Shown: positions 36,373-42,241 of the stretch, piece after piece
Numbering within the stretch: the stretch's first letter is position 1
Layout: each line of letters begins with the position of its first letter
NCBI GenBank assembly: GCA_045589515.1
Contig: JAZNPH010000025.1
Coordinates: 4,034-68,033 of the forward strand
From: Eubacteriales bacterium
Lineage (GTDB): Bacteria > Bacillota > Clostridia > Oscillospirales > CAG-382
Direction of reading: 5' to 3'
Length of the DNA stretch: 64,000 nucleotides
Made by a program: the position numbers and the translations under genes
Notes under the pieces: generated by a model
The model's input: only the letters and a program-made list of their open reading frames with translations
Told to the model about the DNA's origin: nothing
Database searches by the model: none

Positions 36373-38556
36373 TCAATTTTCGGGAGTCCACTTGCCAAGC
36401 AAGTAGGATTTCAGCTTGAAATAGTCGGTTTTATTGACCTTGCCGTTGCCGTCGATATCGCTTCTGGCAAACATGCCGTCGTCAAAGGCGATATCTTTGC
36501 CCAGCAGGTAGGACTTCAGCTTGAAGTAGTCTGTCTTGGCGGCCTTTCCATCGCCGTCCACGTCACCAAAGACAAACGCGGGCTCTTCCTGCTCGAAATA
36601 GTAGCAAGCGAACATCCAAGCGTCATCCAGATTACCGCCGACCCAGCCGTCTTCACCATACCAATCCTGATACTTACCAACGCTTTGGAAAATGATCATC
36701 AGGTCCTCAGTCAGGGGATAATATGCGGTCTCATCGGTACATGCGAGGTATTCTCCGAATGCTTCGTTGTAGTTAATCTTCTGCACAACGGTATCGCCAT
36801 CATAGATTACATCCTTCAACTGCCCGTATTCCATTGCACCGGCTAGGCTCATGAGAGGATCGCTGAGGCAAGCATACAGGAGAGGACCGTTGGCGTTGCC
36901 AAGGTGATAATAACCATCCACACCGAGAACGGCCACGTCACAGACACCGTCAAAGGTATCTACATACAGAAGGGCATCTTCATCCCCCTCAAAGCTGAAG
37001 GGTACAGGGGTGAACTTGTTTTCATAGATGGTCCACGGAATCTCAACAATGACGATTTCTTCCTTTTCGATGGTGAGGAAGATTCCGGGCTCATCGGAAA
37101 TGGCCGCTACCAGAATGGACTGTCCAACATCCTTGCATTCCCATTCGAAGGTGCTTTCCGTAACGGTTTCTGCAGAGGGCTCGATGGTGACCCACATACC
37201 GTTGTAGCTGACCAGAGCAACATAGCCGTTGGCGGCAGTAAAGGTATACTTGCCGACCTCAGTGGGCTCAAAGTAATACACGGTATACATATACTCGGGA
37301 TCAAGCTCGCACTCGTTATCCCCAACGGAAAGAACGACATCGGACCAGAAGTAGCCTTCCGTTTTTCCATCGCCGGTGGGAGGGGTTACGGGCTCATCGG
37401 GAACGTCTACGGGAGGATCTACGGGATCTTCGCCTTCACCGGGGGTAAAGGTTAAGCTCCAATGCAAGGTTCCGGCAGGGTTATTCCACATATCTGCAGG
37501 GTCGTAGGTGGCAACCATCACGGTCACAACGTCGCCTGCGGATACGGAATGGCTCTCGGTGGAGACAACAGTCTCGTCATCACTCCAATGGGTATCGCCG
37601 TAGACAAAAGTCTCGTCGGCACGCAAAATATTCAAGTTATACTGCCAGCTTTCATCCAGCATGGCAACGGATACGGTCCCGTTTGCGGCGGCGGTCCAAG
37701 TGTAGTGATACCCCTGGTTACCCGCTTCCAGCACAGCGGTATACTCCCCTGCGGTAATTTCCTGAGGGAAATTCATAGAGCCAATGGCATCAAAGGATGC
37801 ATTGACGGAGACAGAGCCGGCAGGATTGCTCCACATATTGTTGGGATCGTAGGTGCTGACAAACAGAACGACCTCGTCGCCTGCAGACACTTTTACAGAC
37901 TCGTAGTTAACGGGAATCTCGTCGTCGCTCCAATGGATATCGCCATAGATGCCTGCGGTCACGTTGTTTAAAAAGTAAAGCCAGCCAACGGGCATATACT
38001 CTGCGTCAAACGCGCTGAGGTTGGCGGTGAAGTAACCGTCGGAAGTAGCGGTCCAGGAATAGTAGTAGCCCTCGTTGCCCGCATCAAGGTCCTTCGTTAA
38101 AAATGCGCCGAGATTGCCGAACCAATCCTTTTCCAAAAGGATCTCTTCGGGATTATCCATGGTTCCTGCACCTGCGAGAGCGCCTGCGGCCAGCTTCAGA
38201 TACACCACCACGTCGGTCTCGCCGCTGTTATAGACGGAGAAGACGTCGGAGAAGGCGTTCATGGTAAACTCTGCGGTGCCGTCTGCGCCGGGATACACGC
38301 TCTGTCTGCCATACTGCAGGAAATAGCCGTCGCTTGTTGCGTGGCCGACGGTGACGGTGGAGTTGTCACATTGATCCACCTTCACGTAAGCCTCTGTTCC
38401 GGGAGCAACGGTAATGGGCAGAGGGGTCATGCTGTCTGCATACAACAGGTAGGGATTCTCGTAAGTGCCGAGATCAGCATTCTCGGCGAGAACTGCCATA
38501 GGCGTGACAGTCAGAATCACTGCCATAAGCAGGCTAAGAAGTTTCTTCATAGTCAT
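36373..38556 (-). CDS. Secreted multi-domain protein with C-terminal type I dockerin
   Basis: It has a type I signal peptide (TPMAVLA-EN) and several beta-sandwich repeats, including an internal duplication. It carries the shared DGYYH...YPLTEDL...CYY module. The C-terminus has two EF-hand-like dockerin segments, DVDGDGKAAKTDYFKLKSYLLG and DIDGNGKVNKTDYFKLKSYLLG. Confidence 0.7.
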   Translation of the reverse strand: MTMKKLLSLLMAVILTVTPMAVLAENADLGTYENPYLLYADSMTPLPITVAPGTEAYVKVDQCDNSTVTVGHATSDGYFLQYGRQSVYPGADGTAEFTMNAFSDVFSVYNSGETDVVVYLKLAAGALAGAGTMDNPEEILLEKDWFGNLGAFLTKDLDAGNEGYYYSWTATSDGYFTANLSAFDAEYMPVGWLYFLNNVTAGIYGDIHWSDDEIPVNYESVKVSAGDEVVLFVSTYDPNNMWSNPAGSVSVNASFDAIGSMNFPQEITAGEYTAVLEAGNQGYHYTWTAAANGTVSVAMLDESWQYNLNILRADETFVYGDTHWSDDETVVSTESHSVSAGDVVTVMVATYDPADMWNNPAGTLHWSLTFTPGEGEDPVDPPVDVPDEPVTPPTGDGKTEGYFWSDVVLSVGDNECELDPEYMYTVYYFEPTEVGKYTFTAANGYVALVSYNGMWVTIEPSAETVTESTFEWECKDVGQSILVAAISDEPGIFLTIEKEEIVIVEIPWTIYENKFTPVPFSFEGDEDALLYVDTFDGVCDVAVLGVDGYYHLGNANGPLLYACLSDPLMSLAGAMEYGQLKDVIYDGDTVVQKINYNEAFGEYLACTDETAYYPLTEDLMIIFQSVGKYQDWYGEDGWVGGNLDDAWMFACYYFEQEEPAFVFGDVDGDGKAAKTDYFKLKSYLLGKDIAFDDGMFARSDIDGNGKVNKTDYFKLKSYLLGKWTPEN
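36391..36576 (-). other. Dockerin module (two 22-residue Ca-binding repeats)
   Basis: This covers aa 661-722 of the 727-aa protein. The D.D.DG.....D loop followed by an amphipathic helix occurs twice. The duplication is also visible at the DNA level (...CAGCTTGAAATAGTC... / ...CAGCTTGAAGTAGTC...). Confidence 0.7.
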
Positions 38557-38586
38557 TTGGGTTGCCTCCTGTTATTTGATTTGTTT

Positions 38587-39639
38587 TTAAGAGAGATATT
38601 CTGCGCACCAGGTAATCACGGTAGCGGGATACTTCCCTCTTCTGTTGGGAACTGCGCCCATATTGATGGAAAGATCATCCCCAGCTTCCACGGCAACATC
38701 AAAGTAGATCCTGCCCTGTTCGTCAACGGTATCCACGCCGTCGGAGCTAACCTGTACGTAACTGCGGTTATTAGTGACTCTGATAAAGCTGTCCACAGTC
38801 GCGGAAAGATAGAATCGAACGGTGCCATCCTTTACCGCTGTATGGCGATAGAAATAACCGATGTCATTTCCAGCTTCCAGAGAAACTACCGTATCTTCGG
38901 CCATAGACTCCTTAAGCTCGGCATTGCCCATAGAACCCAAGGGGATGGTGAACTTCAAGACAAAAGACTGCTCAGAGGTGCCGTTATTGCCTATTTCAAA
39001 GCCGATAGGAGCGCTGGCAAGCGCTCTTTCCACACGAAGAGTAAGAACTCCGTCAACGGGAGTATAGGTTACGCCCTCGTAGATCACGTAAACGTCGGCA
39101 GACTCGATGGTAAGATCCATGCCACCAACACGGTAAATACCAAAGAAGGCAGTGGTGCCGGGTTGGATCTTCACGGTGGTCACGGGGGTGTTCTCGTGGG
39201 GAATATACAGGTAGGGATCTTCCTCGGTGCCGGAGCCATCGGGAATAATCTCTTCGGGTTCAGAAGGATCTTCGGAGGGCTCATCCGGCTCAGAAGGCTC
39301 TACGGGCTCTTCGGAAGACTCATCGGGCTCGGAGGGCGCCTCGGAAGGCTCTTCAGAAGGTTCTTCGGAGGGTTCTTCGGAAGGCTCCACAGAAGGCTCC
39401 TCGGAGGGTTCTTCGGAAGACTCCACAGAGGGCTCCTCGGAGGGTTCTTCGGAAGATTCTTCAACAGAAACGGCCTCGGAAGAGATAGCTTCCGAAGAGG
39501 CATCGGCACTTTCTTCCTTGGATTCAACACCCGTGCTCACCTCGGGAGGAAGCTCCTCGGAGCAACCGACCAAAGCGAGAGAAAGCAGGCAAGTCAAGAG
39601 CAAGGAAGCGGCAAGACAAAGTAACAGTTTCTTATTCAT
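38587..39639 (-). CDS. Lipoprotein with long acidic (P-S-E-E)n linker and a beta-sandwich domain
   Basis: It has the signal/lipobox LSLALVG-CSEE. Residues 59-130 are almost pure SEEP/SEPD repeats. The C-terminal domain begins GTEEDPYLYIP, resembling the GTYENPYLLY / GTMDNPEEIL domain starts of the dockerin protein. Confidence 0.6.
   Translation of the reverse strand: MNKKLLLCLAASLLLTCLLSLALVGCSEELPPEVSTGVESKEESADASSEAISSEAVSVEESSEEPSEEPSVESSEEPSEEPSVEPSEEPSEEPSEEPSEAPSEPDESSEEPVEPSEPDEPSEDPSEPEEIIPDGSGTEEDPYLYIPHENTPVTTVKIQPGTTAFFGIYRVGGMDLTIESADVYVIYEGVTYTPVDGVLTLRVERALASAPIGFEIGNNGTSEQSFVLKFTIPLGSMGNAELKESMAEDTVVSLEAGNDIGYFYRHTAVKDGTVRFYLSATVDSFIRVTNNRSYVQVSSDGVDTVDEQGRIYFDVAVEAGDDLSINMGAVPNRRGKYPATVITWCAEYLS
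39250..39465 (-). repeat. In-frame tandem repeat encoding acidic Pro-Ser-Glu low-complexity linker
   Basis: GAAGGCTCTTC / GGAGGGTTCTTC-type 12-nt units reiterate. The translation is EEPSEEPSVESSEEPSEEPSVEPSEEPSEEPSEEPSEAPSEPDESSEEPVEPSEPDEPSEDPSEPEE. Confidence 0.7.
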
Positions 39640-39641
39640 AA

Positions 39642-40082
39642 TCAGTTACCCTTGGTCAAGGTCAGGGTGTATTCGGTAGCGCCGTATTCCAGATGGATCT
39701 CGGCCTCGCCCTCGTAGGTATACCCCTCAGGGAGCGTCATCACAGACAGTTTATAACCGTCGGTGATCTCAACGTTGAAAACAGCGACGCCGTCCTCGCC
39801 GCTCATAGAGGGCATGCAGGAATCCTTGCAGATCTGCACCATAGCGCCGGAGACGGGATTGCCGTCCTGATCCACTACGGTGACAGAGAACTTGGGAGCT
39901 TCGGGCACAGAGGTCTCGGAAGACTCGTTCTCCACAGCCTCGGAAGAGGTGTTTGCTACGCTCTCCGCAGAAGATTCTGCGGGAGCAGAGGTCTCGTTCT
40001 GCTCGCCGCAAGCCACCAAGCAAAGAAGCATGGTCAGACCCAAGACAAGAGCAAGAAGTCTTTTGGTGAGTTTCATATTCAT
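39642..40082 (-). CDS. Small lipoprotein consisting of an acidic linker plus one carboxypeptidase-regulatory-like beta-sandwich domain
   Basis: It has the lipobox CLVA-CGEQ and a Ser/Glu-rich linker. This is followed by FSVTVVDQDGNPVSGAMVQICKDS....GEDGVAVFNV..GYKLSV..LPEGY, the pattern of CarboxypepD_reg/prealbumin-like folds. Confidence 0.55.
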   Translation of the reverse strand: MNMKLTKRLLALVLGLTMLLCLVACGEQNETSAPAESSAESVANTSSEAVENESSETSVPEAPKFSVTVVDQDGNPVSGAMVQICKDSCMPSMSGEDGVAVFNVEITDGYKLSVMTLPEGYTYEGEAEIHLEYGATEYTLTLTKGN

Positions 40083-40092
40083 TTTCTCCTTT

Positions 40093-40977
40093 TCAGGGAT
40101 TCATTTCTTCGATGCTTTGGTAGGTTCTTTGCACATACTCGTCGGAAGTAACGTAAGCAAACAGACTGGAGAAGGTTTCCGCATCCGTCACAGCGCCGAT
40201 ATGCACCAGACAGATCATTCCATAACGGTCAATGACAACCGTTGTAGGATAAGCTCGGAGATTCATAGCAGTTTGCCAATACAACTCCTCGGAAGCGACG
40301 GGAAATGTCAATCCCATTTGCTCCGCATATGAGGAAACTGTGGCGTCGGTGCCATCGTAAGGATTGATGGCAATGACCTCCAGACTGTCTTTATACTGCA
40401 AATATGCTTGTTCCAGGTAAGGAAATTCCATACGGCAAGGGCCGCAACCGATGAACCAGAAGTTCAGCACGACAGCTTTCCTCTCTTTCAGAAGATCTGC
40501 GATGGAAAGCTGTGTGCCATCGGTACAGGTAACGCTGAGATTGGGAACAATGCTCCCGACACGTAGGGAAAGCGTGGTAAGGTCTTCCACTTCATAAGGA
40601 ACTGCTTGAACGGTGATCGTGGTTTCCGTTCCGGTAACGGGGTAATACGATTCACCGCAATATCCGGGATCTTCCGGATACAGAACCGCAACGTAAGAAT
40701 CGGATAACGGCGCACGGAAAGTGAAATTCCCTTCCCTGTCCGTCATAGCGGCATACACAAGATCGGTGAGGGAAGAATCCTCGTAAACCTTGACCAAAAC
40801 GTCGCCAAACTTCATTCCGCCTTCGGTTTGGAAGGTGAGCGTATAGTCTGCGAAATCGGATTCCTTGGAGGGCGCGGTGCTTTCTTCGAGAGCAGGATCA
40901 CACCCGACAAAGGAAAGGATCGCGATCATCAGCAGCCAAGAAAGTGCTGTGCGTAAATATTTCTTCTTATTCCACAT
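40093..40977 (-). CDS. TlpA/ResA-like thiol-disulfide oxidoreductase lipoprotein (CarboxypepD_reg-like domain plus thioredoxin fold, CGPC)
   Basis: It has the lipobox SFVG-CDP and a beta-sandwich (YTLTFQTEGGMKFGDVLVKVYED...DREGNFTF). The thioredoxin fold reads KAVVLNFWFIGCGPCRMEFPYLEQAY...YPTTVVIDRYG. I verified the CGPC codons at 40435-40446. Confidence 0.8.
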   Translation of the reverse strand: MWNKKKYLRTALSWLLMIAILSFVGCDPALEESTAPSKESDFADYTLTFQTEGGMKFGDVLVKVYEDSSLTDLVYAAMTDREGNFTFRAPLSDSYVAVLYPEDPGYCGESYYPVTGTETTITVQAVPYEVEDLTTLSLRVGSIVPNLSVTCTDGTQLSIADLLKERKAVVLNFWFIGCGPCRMEFPYLEQAYLQYKDSLEVIAINPYDGTDATVSSYAEQMGLTFPVASEELYWQTAMNLRAYPTTVVIDRYGMICLVHIGAVTDAETFSSLFAYVTSDEYVQRTYQSIEEMNP

Positions 40978-42226
40978 AGCAACACATCAACAGCCACGCG
41001 ATATCATGGTTGATACCGGGCTCGGGGTTGCCGTCCATATCCACGAAAAGGTAGGCTCGGCTTTCGGGATCCCACCAGCCCTGGTAATCACCATGCTGCT
41101 GTACAATATACTTCAGATCCTCGGTCAGGGGGTATACCCCCATGGCTTCGTCGGCACAAGCAATGTATTCCGCGAGACACTGGGAATAGGATTCCTTCTT
41201 TGTAAATTTCCCTTCCTCATCGTAGAAATACTTGGTAACGCCGGTGTGTTCCAGGATGGTCTGATAGGAATCCATATACTCGCTGTCCTCGGAAAGGCGC
41301 ATAAGCACCAGGGGACCGTCTGCGGAATCCAGATGGTAGAAGCCGTCGGTTTCATTGTACACCAAGGTGTATTCCTTAGTAAAATCAAATTCCTTTAAGG
41401 TCGCTCCTGCGGGAAGTTGATAAGCTTCGGGAGCTTTCACGGCCTCGTAAACTGTCCAGGGCTCATCCTCGATGGTTTTGATGGGATCGCCGATACGGCG
41501 GATACCAAAGATGCAAGAGGTCTCGATATCTGCATCCACACCAAGCACCAGCACGTTGGTGCCACCTTCGCCGCTTCCGATCATGGAAGCTTTGATGGAT
41601 ACGGTGAACACGTTATCGGTGACGGTTGCAACACTGTTTTCCATCACGTAATGCGGAGAACCGTAGTAGCCGACGGTTGCTTTGGTCTCTCCGATCAGAG
41701 AGAACTCAAAGTTACCGGCAACGGTGGGAGTAAACAGGAAGTAGTTCCGAACACCGGGGGTGAGCTCTACGTAGGTGGTTCCGATCCCTAAAGGATACGT
41801 CTCGATATCAGAAGAACTTACGGTAATCGCTTGAGACTCCGCAGTGATCCTGCCGCAGAGAGTCACTTCCGCAGAAGTGACCTCGGCAGTTACAGTGGTT
41901 TTTTCGTAGTAATGGTTCTCTTCTCCGTCGGAGAACGCAAGAGAGATTTCGTATTCCCCGGCAGTAAGGCTTTTGCTTGCAACGCCGTTTGCATCGCAAG
42001 GCTGCATGGCAACACGCTCACCGTTCTGCAAGAACTGCACGGCCACACCTGCTGTGCAGGGATCGCCGAACGCATCCTTAACGGTGACGGTGTAGGTAAG
42101 CTCCCCGGCAGGGGCAGAAGATTCCGGCTGAGAAGTGCCCTCCCCAGAGGAAGAGCAGGATCCCAGAAGCATTGCTACCGCCAGCAAGGCGGCTAAAATG
42201 TAGGTTTTCAAGTTCTTATTGATCAT
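40967..42226 (-). CDS. Modular lipoprotein (CarboxypepD_reg-like domain, beta-sandwich, shared C-terminal DGFYH...YPLTEDL...CCY module)
   Basis: It has the lipobox LLGS-CSSS and YTVTVKDAFGDPCTAGVAVQFLQNGERV...DANGVAS. Its C-terminal 165 aa are paralogous to the dockerin protein and to the 927-aa protein. Confidence 0.6.
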   Translation of the reverse strand: MINKNLKTYILAALLAVAMLLGSCSSSGEGTSQPESSAPAGELTYTVTVKDAFGDPCTAGVAVQFLQNGERVAMQPCDANGVASKSLTAGEYEISLAFSDGEENHYYEKTTVTAEVTSAEVTLCGRITAESQAITVSSSDIETYPLGIGTTYVELTPGVRNYFLFTPTVAGNFEFSLIGETKATVGYYGSPHYVMENSVATVTDNVFTVSIKASMIGSGEGGTNVLVLGVDADIETSCIFGIRRIGDPIKTIEDEPWTVYEAVKAPEAYQLPAGATLKEFDFTKEYTLVYNETDGFYHLDSADGPLVLMRLSEDSEYMDSYQTILEHTGVTKYFYDEEGKFTKKESYSQCLAEYIACADEAMGVYPLTEDLKYIVQQHGDYQGWWDPESRAYLFVDMDGNPEPGINHDIAWLLMCCYVE

Positions 42227-42241
42227 GGCATTTACCCGTCA

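Noticed and set aside
39227-39679. A plus-strand 150-aa ORF is rich in SEGS repeats. The same repeat region could be taken for a CRISPR-like or satellite array.
   Set aside because: It is the mirror image of the in-frame acidic linker of a lipoprotein that has a proper signal peptide. The repeat units are 12 nt with no spacers, so this is not a CRISPR array.
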